Shown in pieces: positions 32,606 through 42,905 of a stretch of 64,000 bases of DNA. Numbering within the stretch: position 1 is the first letter of the stretch; each line of letters opens with the position of its first letter. The stretch covers positions 422,806-486,805 of the forward strand of contig JAUICZ010000001.1 in the NCBI GenBank assembly GCA_030429205.1, read 5' to 3'. This DNA is from Bacteroidia bacterium. Lineage in GTDB: Bacteria > Bacteroidota > Bacteroidia > Chitinophagales > Chitinophagaceae. The notes beneath the pieces were generated by a model. The model ran no database searches. It was given only the letters and a program-made list of their open reading frames with translations, and was not told the DNA's origin. The translations under genes were made by a program, and so were the position numbers.

Positions 32606-34018
32606 ATGGAACTAAAAGGAAAAGATATTATAGCACTAGGATACGCTGAAGGAGCGGTCGTAGGCATCGTATTAAAAACTATTGAAACTCACTACTCTGA
32701 TAAAGGACAGGCTGAAGTTGAAAAAGCACTGATAACTGTCCTTAACAACCCTGATGATTATTTAGAAGACGAAAAACTATCTACTATCGCTAAAGAGCTT
32801 TTGAAACCAACTATAGAGGAGTTGATCATTCCGCTTAAAGAAGACAAAGTGCCTTACAATACTTATGGTATAGAAGGGATAGAGCAAGGTGCTATTGACC
32901 AAATGGAAATTGCCATGCGATTGCCTGTAGCAAAACATGGAGCATTAATGGCAGATGCACATCAGGGCTACGGACTACCTATTGGCGGAGTACTGGCAAC
33001 AGAAAATGCTGTGATACCTTACGGTGTAGGTGTAGATATTGGATGCAGAATGTGCATGTCTATATACGACATACCTGCAGAGTTCATCAACACAAATACC
33101 GAACAGCTTAAGAAAATGTTGAAAAACAACACCCAGTTTGGCAGGGCTACTTTCAAAAAACCAAGAGAGCATGAAATCTTATCGAACCCTTTGTTTGACG
33201 AGATAGCAGTATTGAAAAACTTAAAAGAAAGAGCATATAGACAAATAGGCACATCAGGCGGCGGCAATCATTTTGTAGAATTTGGCATAGCTGAGATAAC
33301 AGACCTGAATAATGAGTTTGGGATCAAGCCGGGTAAATATTTATCCTTACTATCGCACTCTGGCTCCAGGGGTTTGGGTGCTACCATTGCTAACCACTAC
33401 ACAAAACTTGCAAGAGAGCTTTGCAAACTGCCTGATGAGGCAAAACACCTCGCCTGGCTAGACTTGGCTACAGAAGCAGGACAAGAATATTGGCTAGCCA
33501 TGACACTTGCCGGTGATTACGCTTCTGCATGCCACCATCAAATACATGAGCGTATAGCAATTGGATTAAGAACAACTCCAATAGCAATCGTAGAGAACCA
33601 TCATAACTTTGCATGGAAAGAAAAAGATGAGCAGGGAAACGATTTGATTGTTCACAGAAAAGGAGCAACACCTGCGGGCAAAGGTGTATTAGGGATCATT
33701 CCCGGATCTATGACTGCACCGGGGTTTATTGTAAGAGGTAAAGGCGAAACATTGTCTGTAAACTCCGCATCTCATGGTGCGGGCAGAACCATGTCCAGAA
33801 CAAGGGCTAAAAATACACTTGATGCTAATATGGTAAATGAGCATTTAGCAGAAAAAGGTATAGAGCTCATTGGATCAGGTTTAGACGAAGCCCCGCAAGC
33901 CTATAAGGATATACATCAAGTAATGGATGCACAAATAGACCTTGTAGATGTAGTAGGTACTTTCTTGCCAAAGGTTGTAAGAATGTGTGGCGATGAGAAA
34001 TTTAAAGAAGTGGACTAA
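32606..34018 (+). CDS. rtcB: RNA-splicing ligase RtcB (3'-phosphate/5'-OH RNA ligase)
   Basis: 470 aa; metal-binding and GMP-His motifs of RtcB (GVDIGCRM, SHSGSRGLG, HHNFAW, ASHGAGRTMSR). Confidence 0.9.
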   Translation: MELKGKDIIALGYAEGAVVGIVLKTIETHYSDKGQAEVEKALITVLNNPDDYLEDEKLSTIAKELLKPTIEELIIPLKEDKVPYNTYGIEGIEQGAIDQMEIAMRLPVAKHGALMADAHQGYGLPIGGVLATENAVIPYGVGVDIGCRMCMSIYDIPAEFINTNTEQLKKMLKNNTQFGRATFKKPREHEILSNPLFDEIAVLKNLKERAYRQIGTSGGGNHFVEFGIAEITDLNNEFGIKPGKYLSLLSHSGSRGLGATIANHYTKLARELCKLPDEAKHLAWLDLATEAGQEYWLAMTLAGDYASACHHQIHERIAIGLRTTPIAIVENHHNFAWKEKDEQGNDLIVHRKGATPAGKGVLGIIPGSMTAPGFIVRGKGETLSVNSASHGAGRTMSRTRAKNTLDANMVNEHLAEKGIELIGSGLDEAPQAYKDIHQVMDAQIDLVDVVGTFLPKVVRMCGDEKFKEVD

Positions 34019-34277
34019 CTATAGTTTTATGCGCTAGCTATTTCAAGCTAGTGCATTTGCTATATAATTCCTTTTAACTATTACAATTTTTTCAGGCCTC
34101 ATTACATTTATCATCTCTCGTTGTGACGAACAATCATGATAGAAAACCGCTAGCCTTTACCAAAAACTCCTCAAATTTGGCATCTACTTCTGCTGCATGC
34201 CTGAAAGAGGCTAAAAACCGTGATATTTGTGAATAAGGGAATTTATAGTCTGCTATAGTCACTGATGTTTTATATCT

Positions 34278-35343
34278 CTATAACCCACCTGTTAGTGTAT
34301 TCAATACTTCAACAGGAGGTATTATAGCATCTTTTTTCAATGATAATACTGATATCCTATCTGCTATTTCTTTTAAACGCTGTTCTCTCTCTTCAATAAA
34401 ATGGTGATATAGCAACATTGTTTTGAAGTAACTGACTCCTTTATGCAAATCTCCCATGTAGTGTGCCAACCGATCCTCTCCTGAAAAGTTTGCGTTGACC
34501 ATCTTCGCGAAGTAGTCGTATAAAGACTGCAATGCGTTATAATCTAGTATATACCTTGGTGAAGGATACATTCTATCCATTGTAGCACCACCGCAAAAAC
34601 CGAATAACTTGCTATTTATGTAAAGCCCCTCATCATCTGCCATTAGCAGAATCAATGTGAAAAACACACATATTGAATAAGCAAGAAAATCAATCTCATC
34701 ATTTGCGGGTACTCCTTCTATTTCACCTTTCTTTAGATGTTTTGTCAGTTTTATAACATCCATATAGGTTTGCAAACCCGACCAGGAAAACCTCTGTGGG
34801 TGTTGTTCTAGACGTGTACTGATGGCCGCATTTACAAAAGATGTGTACAGGTTTTTGTTTTGCCTTCTACAATCGGCTACAAGGGCCATATCTCTGGGGG
34901 CAGACCACTCTTCAGGCGCCCTATTCATATGAAAAGCAATAGGGAATAATACAATAGCCTTACCTGTTTTTTTTTGCGAGTGTATACGCCCATGGAATAT
35001 ACTTGTCCCATTTCTTCTCATTTAAGCCATGTAATAATATAATATCCCCATTCGTATTATCATTACATGTAAATACTGGGTACTTAAATATTGCATTATC
35101 CTTTATTGATGAATCTACTTCTTCTAAAGTAGCGTTGTATACCTCTTGCTCTTTTAATACATCAGCTTCACTGAATTCAACATCATGCTCTTCACACACA
35201 TATTTTTCTAAACCAGGCAATATAGATACACCATCAGACTCAAACTCATTCCACCTAATGCGCATACCGATGTCAGGCAGTACCTTATCTATCTCCTCAT
35301 GAATTGCATCACTCAGATACCTGTGTAACTCATAATATTGCAC
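34278..35343 (-). pseudogene. alpha/beta-hydrolase-like gene interrupted by a frameshift in a poly(A)9 tract (ORFs 34960..35343 and 34278..35021)
   Basis: The upstream ORF ends ...ILLHGLNEKKWDKYIPWAYTLAKKNR* at a T9/A9 run (34967-34975). Deleting one A fuses it in frame to ...KTGKAIVLFPIAFHMN... of the downstream ORF, giving about 352 aa with an HG oxyanion motif and a GFCGG nucleophile-elbow-like motif. Confidence 0.6.
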
Positions 35344-35346
35344 CTA

Positions 35347-37263
35347 CTATATTCTACCTTTCTTTATTTCTTCAACGACTGCGGGATCTAATAATGTACT
35401 GGTATCTCCTAAATTCTCAGTTTCCCCTTCAGCTACCTTTCTTAGTATACGTCTCATAATCTTTCCACTACGCGTCTTCGGTAAACCCGACACAAACTGT
35501 ATCTTATCAGGCTTCGCTATTGGCCCGATTATGCGAGTGACTGTTTGAGTGATGTCCTGCCGTGTAAGGTTCTCATCTCCGCTATGTGGGTGGTCATATA
35601 TCACGTATGCATAAATACCCTGACCTTTAACATCGTGCGGATAACCAACTATTGCACTTTCTATCACCCCGGCATGCATATTAATAGCATTTTCTACTTC
35701 TGCCGTACCAATTCTATGACCACTTACATTTAAAACATCATCTACACGTCCTGTTATTCTATAATTACCCTCTGCATCTCTGTAACACCCATCTCCGGTA
35801 AAGTACATGTCTTTGTAGGTAGAAAAGTATGTCTGTCTGCAACGCTCATGGTCACCATATGTTGTTCTAATGATTGATGGCCACGGATGTTTAATACACA
35901 AGTTACCACTCACATCGTTTCCTTCAATTTCATTTCCTTCTTCATCCACTAGTACAGGCTGTATACCCGGTAGCGGTAAAGTAGCATAAGTAGGTTTTGC
36001 AGGAGTTATGCCAGCCATGTTAGATATCATGATACCTCCGGTTTCTGTTTGCCACCATGTATCTACTATCGGGCACTTCCCTTTACCAATATTATCATGC
36101 ATCCATTGCCATGCCTCTTCATTAATAGGCTCTCCTACAGAACCCAATACTTTCAAGCTATCCAACTTATGACCGTGAATTGGCCCTAAGCCATATCCCA
36201 TTAAACTACGTATAGCCGTTGGCGCTGTATACAGTATGTTTACTTTGTACTTATCTACTATATCCCAGAACCTACCCGCATCTGGCCAAGTTGGGATACC
36301 TTCAAACATCATGGTAGTGGCTCCTGCTCCCAGTGGTCCATATAAAATGTAACTATGTCCTGTTATCCAGCCTATATCAGCTGTACAAAAGTGAATATCT
36401 CCAGGTTCATATTGAAAAACATTTACGAAAGAATAGGTAGTATACACCATATAGCCTCCACATGTATGTACTACACCTTTGGGTTTTCCTGTTGAACCAG
36501 ATGTATATAAAATGAATAACGGGTCTTCTGCATCCATCTCTTCAGCAGGGCAATCAGGATTACCCATAGTCTCTACTTTCTTTATTTCATCTTCCCACCA
36601 TACATCTCTGCCTTTAATCATACTTACAGGTGTATGTGTATGTGTCAAAACAATCACTCGCTCAACAAAACGACATTGAACAAGAGCATCATCAATGACA
36701 TTCTTTAATGGTATTTCTTTTGCTCCTCTAGACGCACCGTCGCAAGTAATAATATATTTTGCCTGAGCATCTTGTAACCTATCTGCAATACTCTGCGCAC
36801 TAAACCCACCAAATATCACAGAATGTACGGCCCCGATACGTGCACAAGCCAGTACTGCTATCGCCAGTTCAGGTACCATACCCATGTATATACATACTCT
36901 ATCACCTTTTTCAACACCATTATTCTTCAACACATTAGCAAACTGAATCACTTTGTTGTAAAGATCACGATAGGTTAAAACCCTATGATGCCCTTCTGGG
37001 TCATTAGGCTCCCATATTAGTGCAGGTTGATTACCTAATAAACCTAAATGTCTATCAAGGCAGTTTTCTGTTATATTCAGTTTACCACCTGAAAACCATT
37101 TTACATCCGGGTCTTTAAAGTTCCACTCTAAAACACTATCCCATTTTTTGCGCCACAAAAATGATGATGCTACCCCATCCCAAAATCCTTCAGGATCTTT
37201 TACACTCTTATTCCATGCTTTACGATAATCTTCTTCTGATGATATTTTAAATGGATATGACAT
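35347..37263 (-). CDS. acs: acetyl-coenzyme A synthetase (acetate--CoA ligase)
   Basis: 638 aa; AMP-binding motif YTSGSTGKPKG, the YWQTETG motif of Acs, and a C-terminal lysine region (PKTRSGKIMRR). Confidence 0.95.
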   Translation of the reverse strand: MSYPFKISSEEDYRKAWNKSVKDPEGFWDGVASSFLWRKKWDSVLEWNFKDPDVKWFSGGKLNITENCLDRHLGLLGNQPALIWEPNDPEGHHRVLTYRDLYNKVIQFANVLKNNGVEKGDRVCIYMGMVPELAIAVLACARIGAVHSVIFGGFSAQSIADRLQDAQAKYIITCDGASRGAKEIPLKNVIDDALVQCRFVERVIVLTHTHTPVSMIKGRDVWWEDEIKKVETMGNPDCPAEEMDAEDPLFILYTSGSTGKPKGVVHTCGGYMVYTTYSFVNVFQYEPGDIHFCTADIGWITGHSYILYGPLGAGATTMMFEGIPTWPDAGRFWDIVDKYKVNILYTAPTAIRSLMGYGLGPIHGHKLDSLKVLGSVGEPINEEAWQWMHDNIGKGKCPIVDTWWQTETGGIMISNMAGITPAKPTYATLPLPGIQPVLVDEEGNEIEGNDVSGNLCIKHPWPSIIRTTYGDHERCRQTYFSTYKDMYFTGDGCYRDAEGNYRITGRVDDVLNVSGHRIGTAEVENAINMHAGVIESAIVGYPHDVKGQGIYAYVIYDHPHSGDENLTRQDITQTVTRIIGPIAKPDKIQFVSGLPKTRSGKIMRRILRKVAEGETENLGDTSTLLDPAVVEEIKKGRI

Positions 37264-37564
37264 ATTGCTTCGTTTTTTTCGATACTACATAGTTACAGAT
37301 TCATAGCAAAGTATACAATATAATTATAAGCACATATCTTAATATAAAGTAGGTTCTAAATCAACTATATTAAATAGTTACAAAAGATGCTTTATTTCCG
37401 ATACAGAAAGTACTTTTCTCAGTGTTTATGTGGGTTTGAGATGTGTCTTGTAACGAAATAGTAACAGAAAATCCGATAATGGATATAAAAGAATAGAACT
37501 AAATATTACAAAAGCCACATCAATGGTGGCTCTTTATAACTAAATAGAAATGGATATAACGGAA

Positions 37565-38917
37565 TTATTTCCCGATACAGAACTTAGAGAATATATAGTC
37601 TAACTTATCCTCGGTAGTTACTTGCCCTGTAATTTCACCTAAGTAATGTAAGCAACGGCGAACATCAAGAGATATAAGGTCACCACTAATATTATTGTCT
37701 AAACCTCCTTTAATGTCTTCTAAAGATTTTAATACTTCTTGCAACGAAGCATGGTGACGTGCATTAGTAACTATCGTACCTTCTGTATTTACATTACCAT
37801 CAATAACCTTACTGTAGAGCATATCGCAAAGTAGATCTATATGCTGCTTTTGTTTAGCTGATATATAGAGTACATCATTACCAAAATCGTTATCTGCAAT
37901 ATCTGTTTTGTTAGCAACCAGTATATACTTTAACCCTTCCTGCTCAAAAATCTTTCTTTGCTCTTCTAACAATTCGGGTGTTTCCTCCTTAGCATCAAAA
38001 AGGTATACTACTATATCCGCTTTCTGCATTATATCTCGGCTACGTTGTACTCCCATTGTCTCTACAATATCACTAGTATGTTCGCGTATACCAGCAGTAT
38101 CTATCAACCTGAACAGTATACCTTTTATGTTCAGCACCTCTTCAATACTATCACGTGTAGTACCTGCGATATCGCTAACTATGGCACGCTCTTCATTCAA
38201 CAGTGCATTTAGCAATGTGCTCTTCCCTGCATTGGGCTTACCTATTATCGCAACACTTACTCCTTTTTTAATGACATTACCTAAACTAAAAGAGCTCACT
38301 AACTTTTTTGTTGTGTCAGTAAGTAATGCTATCAATTCGTAGAATCTTGTACGATCTGCAAACTCTACATCCTCTTCGCTAAAATCCAATTCAAGCTCTA
38401 GTAAAGCACTAAACTGTATTAGTTGTTCTCTTAAATCAAATAAATCGTTGCTGAAACCACCACGCAGGTTGTGTATAGCTGCCTTATGTGCTGCACCAGA
38501 GTGGCTGGCAATCAAATCAGCTACAGCCTCTGCCTGCGTAAGGTCCATTTTGTTATTCAGAAAGGCACGCTGGGTAAACTCACCTGCTTTAGCAGTATGA
38601 GCACCATTACTCAAACATAAATTCAGCACGCGCTCTAATACATATTGTGAACCATGACAACTGATCTCCACTACATCTTCACCTGTATAGCTTTTAGGGC
38701 CTTTATATAAAGATGCCACCACCTCATCCACCACCTCATCACCATCTACTATCTTACCAAAGTGTATAGTATGTGAGGGTTGGCTTGCAAGTTTCTTACC
38801 TGCAAATATCTTGTCCGCAATCTCTATTGCCTTACTACCACTTAGCCTTATCACACCTATAGCCCCTTCTCCTGCAGGAGTAGCTATTGCTGCTATGGTC
38901 TCATTTATGTCGTACAT
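37565..38917 (-). CDS. mnmE: tRNA uridine-5-carboxymethylaminomethyl modification GTPase MnmE
   Basis: 450 aa; G1 GKPNAGKSTLLNAL, G3 DTAG, NKTD, and the C-terminal CIGK tetrapeptide characteristic of MnmE/TrmE. Confidence 0.9.
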   Translation of the reverse strand: MYDINETIAAIATPAGEGAIGVIRLSGSKAIEIADKIFAGKKLASQPSHTIHFGKIVDGDEVVDEVVASLYKGPKSYTGEDVVEISCHGSQYVLERVLNLCLSNGAHTAKAGEFTQRAFLNNKMDLTQAEAVADLIASHSGAAHKAAIHNLRGGFSNDLFDLREQLIQFSALLELELDFSEEDVEFADRTRFYELIALLTDTTKKLVSSFSLGNVIKKGVSVAIIGKPNAGKSTLLNALLNEERAIVSDIAGTTRDSIEEVLNIKGILFRLIDTAGIREHTSDIVETMGVQRSRDIMQKADIVVYLFDAKEETPELLEEQRKIFEQEGLKYILVANKTDIADNDFGNDVLYISAKQKQHIDLLCDMLYSKVIDGNVNTEGTIVTNARHHASLQEVLKSLEDIKGGLDNNISGDLISLDVRRCLHYLGEITGQVTTEDKLDYIFSKFCIGK

Positions 38918-38929
38918 CAGGTAGCAAAA

Positions 38930-39439
38930 CTACTTTAAATAATCTTCCTTCTTAATCCTGTAAAACAATCCCGGGTTTTCTTCTGTGTTCAGTTGTTTCC
39001 AATAGGTCATACCTATTTTTTCCATCACCCTGATAGATGCAGTATTTTCTTTGTACGCTTGTGCCACAATCTGCTCAAGGCCTAACTCTTTAAACCCAAA
39101 TTCTAAACATGCCAAGCTGGCTTCTGTAGCATAACCTTTGTTCCAATACTTGGGCTTCCAGCGATAACCAAGATCTACTTCATCAATATCGTCTAAGTAC
39201 TTCAATCCACACCAGCCTATTACTTCGCCTGTTTCTTTGAGTTCTGTAGCCCATCTGCCATACCCGTACTTCTTATAATCAGGATAATTACTAATTCGCT
39301 CTATGGTATCATCAACAGATTTAGGTACGAAATCGCCCGTGTACTTATACACCTCCGGATCTGCATCCATCTCAAACATGTCTGGCGCATCTGCTACAAC
39401 CATTTCTCGTAATATCAGTCTTTCAGTTTTTACTTTCAT
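38930..39439 (-). CDS. GNAT family N-acetyltransferase (RimJ/RimL-like)
   Basis: TERLILREM start region and GNAT motif A (GWCGLKY...DLGYRW...WNKGYATEA). Start set at an internal Met (MKVKTERL) to remove a 68-nt overlap with the paralog. Confidence 0.7.
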   Translation of the reverse strand: MKVKTERLILREMVVADAPDMFEMDADPEVYKYTGDFVPKSVDDTIERISNYPDYKKYGYGRWATELKETGEVIGWCGLKYLDDIDEVDLGYRWKPKYWNKGYATEASLACLEFGFKELGLEQIVAQAYKENTASIRVMEKIGMTYWKQLNTEENPGLFYRIKKEDYLK

Positions 39440-39959
39440 AATCCTTTTTAAATAATCTATAATATACTCCTGGATGTTCTTCAAAATCAAACTCTTTCCA
39501 GTATGTCATGCCTATTTTTTCCAACACTCTGCGAGATGCTGCATTATCAGTCATAGTTCTACCTACAATCAGGTCAATATTGTATTGATTAAATCCAATA
39601 TCCAGCGAGGCTTTACATGCTTCTGTTGCATAACCCTTGTTCCAATGTTTTCTTTTTAGCCTGTAACCCAAATCCACCTCATCTACCGAATCGATGTACT
39701 TCAAACCACACCAGCCCAATACTTCGTTTGTTTCTTTCAACACAACCGTCCACCTACCGTAACCATTCTTTTTATACTGATCGTAGTTCCTGATCAAGTC
39801 AGCTGATTCCTCAACAGACTTAAATACATAGTCGGCAGTGTACTTCATCACTTCTTCGTCTAAGTTTAGTTCATAAAAATCCTGAGCATCTGATAAATCA
39901 AATTCTCGAAGTACCAACCTTTCTGTTTCTGCTACCTGTTTCATATTACGGGTATGCAA
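39423..39959 (-). CDS. GNAT family N-acetyltransferase, tandem paralog of 38930..39439
   Basis: Roughly 55% identical to the neighbour over the full length (same GWCGLKYID.VDEVDLGYR...WNKGYATEA core). Alternative start at MKQ (39944). Confidence 0.7.
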   Translation of the reverse strand: MHTRNMKQVAETERLVLREFDLSDAQDFYELNLDEEVMKYTADYVFKSVEESADLIRNYDQYKKNGYGRWTVVLKETNEVLGWCGLKYIDSVDEVDLGYRLKRKHWNKGYATEACKASLDIGFNQYNIDLIVGRTMTDNAASRRVLEKIGMTYWKEFDFEEHPGVYYRLFKKDYESKN

Positions 39960-39987
39960 TATCCTAAATCATTTGCACTTTTGTGGT

Positions 39988-40440
39988 ATGCGTGTAGTAA
40001 TACAAAGAGTTTCGGAAGCTAGTGTTAGCATTGATAGACATGTAAAGTCATCAATTAAGTTGGGGTATATGATACTGTTAGGTATAGAAGCCGAAGACAA
40101 CGAAGAAGATGCAGGTTGGCTATGTAAAAAAATTGCAGGTTTAAGGGTATTTTCTGATGATGAGGGTTTTATGAACCTTGATATAAAATCTATAAATGGT
40201 GACATACTGGTCATCAGCCAGTTTACACTACACGCTTCATATAAAAAAGGCAACAGGCCATCTTTCATAAAAGCAGCAAGACCAGAACAAGCTATACCTT
40301 TGTATGAATATTTTGTCAAGCAGCTTTCATTGCTCATAGGCAAGCAGGTCCAAACAGGCGAGTTTGGTGCAGATATGAAAGTGGCATTGGTGAACGATGG
40401 ACCCGTTACTATAACAATGGATACAAAAAATAAAGAATAG
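39988..40440 (+). CDS. dtd: D-aminoacyl-tRNA deacylase
   Basis: MRVVIQRVSEASV start and the SQFTL/GPVT motifs of Dtd; about 150 aa. Confidence 0.85.
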   Translation: MRVVIQRVSEASVSIDRHVKSSIKLGYMILLGIEAEDNEEDAGWLCKKIAGLRVFSDDEGFMNLDIKSINGDILVISQFTLHASYKKGNRPSFIKAARPEQAIPLYEYFVKQLSLLIGKQVQTGEFGADMKVALVNDGPVTITMDTKNKE

Positions 40441-40880
40441 TGTTCGACGATAATTATTTTATGAAAGAGGCCCTGAGGCAAGCGCAAATGGCTTACGATG
40501 CCAAAGAGATACCTATTGGTGCTGTAGTTACCTGGGATACCAAGATCATTGCGCGTGGACACAACCAAACAGAGCAGCTTAATGATTCTACTGCACATGC
40601 AGAAATGATAGCCCTTACTGCCGCATTTAACCAGGTGGGTAGTAAATACTTGCCAGAGGCTACTCTATATGTAACGATAGAACCTTGCCTGATGTGCAGT
40701 GGCGCATTGTACTGGTCTAAAATAGGCCGTATAGTATACGGTGCTGAGGATGTTAAAAATGGGTACCATAAAACCACTGGTAACACATCTCCATTTCACC
40801 CCAAAACAGAACTCAAAGGCGGTGTATTGGCTGAGGAGTGCGCACAATTAATGAAAGATTTTTTTGCAGTAAGAAGATGA
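40440..40880 (+). CDS. tadA: tRNA-specific adenosine deaminase TadA
   Basis: CDA-fold zinc motifs HAEMIAL and PCLMCSGAL; 146 aa. Confidence 0.85.
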   Translation: MFDDNYFMKEALRQAQMAYDAKEIPIGAVVTWDTKIIARGHNQTEQLNDSTAHAEMIALTAAFNQVGSKYLPEATLYVTIEPCLMCSGALYWSKIGRIVYGAEDVKNGYHKTTGNTSPFHPKTELKGGVLAEECAQLMKDFFAVRR

Positions 40881-41197
40881 TATACAATTGGCAAAAGGTT
40901 AAAGGGCTGACAATTAATGATATTGAGGAGAACAAACCCTTGGAAATATCTGTTGGTAATAAAGAGATAGGACTTTTAAAGCGCAGTAACCAACTGTATG
41001 CCTTTGCTGCTAAATGCCCACATGCTAGTGGTCGGTTTTGTGACGGTTGGCTAGACGCTAGTGGTATGTTAGTATGCCCTCTGCACAAGTATCGGTTCGA
41101 TCCTGAAAATGGTAGAAACACAAGCGGCGAGGGGTACAAACTAAAAGTATACCCTGTAGAGATTAATAACGATGAAATACAGATAGGATTATGGTAG
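40877..41197 (+). CDS. Rieske [2Fe-2S] domain protein
   Basis: CPHASGRF...CPLHKYRF (CxH...CxxH Rieske boxes); ATGA start/stop overlap with tadA. Confidence 0.7.
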   Translation: MIYNWQKVKGLTINDIEENKPLEISVGNKEIGLLKRSNQLYAFAAKCPHASGRFCDGWLDASGMLVCPLHKYRFDPENGRNTSGEGYKLKVYPVEINNDEIQIGLW

Positions 41198-42120
41198 AGA
41201 TAACACAACCGGATTTTTTGAAGAAAGGAAGCACCGTAGGTATTACCTGTCCTGCGGGATATGTTTCTGAAGAACGTGTACAGTTTGCAGTAGAAGCCTT
41301 AAAGCTATGGGGGTTTAATGTGGTGATAGGAAAAACCGTTGGGAATGAGCATAACTACTTTTCGGGTACTGATGCAGAACGTTTAACCGACTTACAAACC
41401 ATGCTAGACGATCCTAAAATAGATGCGATACTAATGGGAAGAGGCGGTTATGGTGTCAGTAGGATTATCGATCATATTAATTGGGATAAGTTTCGCCTAA
41501 ACCCAAAATGGATATGCGGTTTTAGTGATATAACAGTATTGCACAGCCACATACAAAACAACTTGCAAACACCTACGTTACACAGCCCGATGACAGGTGC
41601 CTTCACGCCTGACACTATCAATAGTGTACACATGAAAAAACTATATGCAGCACTTACGGGCGAATCTATTTTCTATCACTCCCCCCATAATGAATACAAT
41701 AGGCCAGGCAATGCGGAAGGTGTGGTAGTAGGTGGTAATCTGGCGATTTTATCTCATTTGGTTGGTTCAAGGTCCGACATTCAAACCTTTGGTAAAATTT
41801 TATTCATAGAAGATATTGGAGAGCATTATTATAAAGTTGACAGAATGATGTTGACACTAAAACGCGCAGGTAAGCTTGATGGCTTACTAGGTTTGGTAAT
41901 AGGAGGCTTTACAGATATGGAGGATACAGACAGACCATTTGGCCAAGCAATAGAAGAACTCATTTTGGATAAAGTAGCCGAGTATGATTACCCTGTTTGT
42001 TTTGATTTTCCGGCTGGGCATATTGATGAAAACCATACCATCACATTAGGTATGAGCCACAAGTTAACCGTAACATCTCAAGGAGGGCAATTACACCTGG
42101 ATAGGATGCCGGCCGTTTAG
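41191..42120 (+). CDS. ldcA: LD-carboxypeptidase (peptidase S66, muropeptide recycling)
   Basis: 309 aa; S66 catalytic Ser region CGFSDITVLH and a C-terminal His/Glu region (FDFPAGH). Confidence 0.75.
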   Translation: MVEITQPDFLKKGSTVGITCPAGYVSEERVQFAVEALKLWGFNVVIGKTVGNEHNYFSGTDAERLTDLQTMLDDPKIDAILMGRGGYGVSRIIDHINWDKFRLNPKWICGFSDITVLHSHIQNNLQTPTLHSPMTGAFTPDTINSVHMKKLYAALTGESIFYHSPHNEYNRPGNAEGVVVGGNLAILSHLVGSRSDIQTFGKILFIEDIGEHYYKVDRMMLTLKRAGKLDGLLGLVIGGFTDMEDTDRPFGQAIEELILDKVAEYDYPVCFDFPAGHIDENHTITLGMSHKLTVTSQGGQLHLDRMPAV

Positions 42121-42123
42121 TAC

Positions 42124-42516
42124 TTACTCAATGGCCATACGCCAACACAACACTGTAAAAATCAATGTCATTGGTGTAAACACAATTGTCTCAATAAGAT
42201 TAGTAGATAATATATTACCAACTGTATTTAATGCATACAACACCACCATAAGCCACAATATTACTTTTATTAGCTTATTGGGCTTTATTCTACCGGTGTA
42301 ACCTCCCTTTATTGCAATAACAAACATTATCAGTAGGTTGACGGTAATTGATACCGCTTCAAATCGGTACATTTCTTCATCGCTTTTTAAGCGACCACCC
42401 CATGTGGCTTCGTAAGGAATGGCTTGCGTAATTATCAACAGATGATATACCAACAATACCGATAAGAAAAACAGCATTGTATTTACAGCTAATCGAAAAG
42501 GAATCTTACGTATCAT
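42124..42516 (-). CDS. small integral membrane protein, unknown function
   Basis: 130 aa, four predicted TM helices. Confidence 0.4.
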   Translation of the reverse strand: MIRKIPFRLAVNTMLFFLSVLLVYHLLIITQAIPYEATWGGRLKSDEEMYRFEAVSITVNLLIMFVIAIKGGYTGRIKPNKLIKVILWLMVVLYALNTVGNILSTNLIETIVFTPMTLIFTVLCWRMAIE

Positions 42517-42539
42517 ATTATGCTTATAACATTTTTCTA

Positions 42540-42833
42540 TTATTTCTCAACCCGCCAGCGGCTTACTCCACCTGATAGATTATATAAGCCTTGTATACCT
42601 TTTGCCTCCAACCTCTGTATCGCGATAGCACTGCGAATGCCTTTTTCACAATATATAACTATAGTGCTCTCACCGGAAATTTCTGCGGAACGACTTATAA
42701 TATCACTTAAAGGAATATTTTTTCCGCCAATATTAAAAGCTTCATGTTCCCACTCTTCGCGAACGTCAATTAATTGAAGGTCTTTATTCTCTTCCATTTT
42801 CGTCCTTAATTCTTCTGCCGTTAAACTTTTCAT
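42540..42833 (-). CDS. single-domain rhodanese-like sulfurtransferase
   Basis: 97 aa; LIDVREEWE...IVIYCEKGIRS active-site Cys loop. Confidence 0.75.
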   Translation of the reverse strand: MKSLTAEELRTKMEENKDLQLIDVREEWEHEAFNIGGKNIPLSDIISRSAEISGESTIVIYCEKGIRSAIAIQRLEAKGIQGLYNLSGGVSRWRVEK

Positions 42834-42905
42834 ATAGCCGTATAGATAAAGTTTAAACGAAAGTAATACAAGTAGTCTTACCTTTGATGTATAAACATTA
42901 TTTGT

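Noticed and set aside
39969-40598. 209-aa minus-strand ORF spanning dtd and tadA
   Set aside because: It is antisense to two genes with unambiguous family motifs (Dtd MRVVIQRV..SQFTL; TadA HAE/PCxxC), so it is an antisense shadow ORF.
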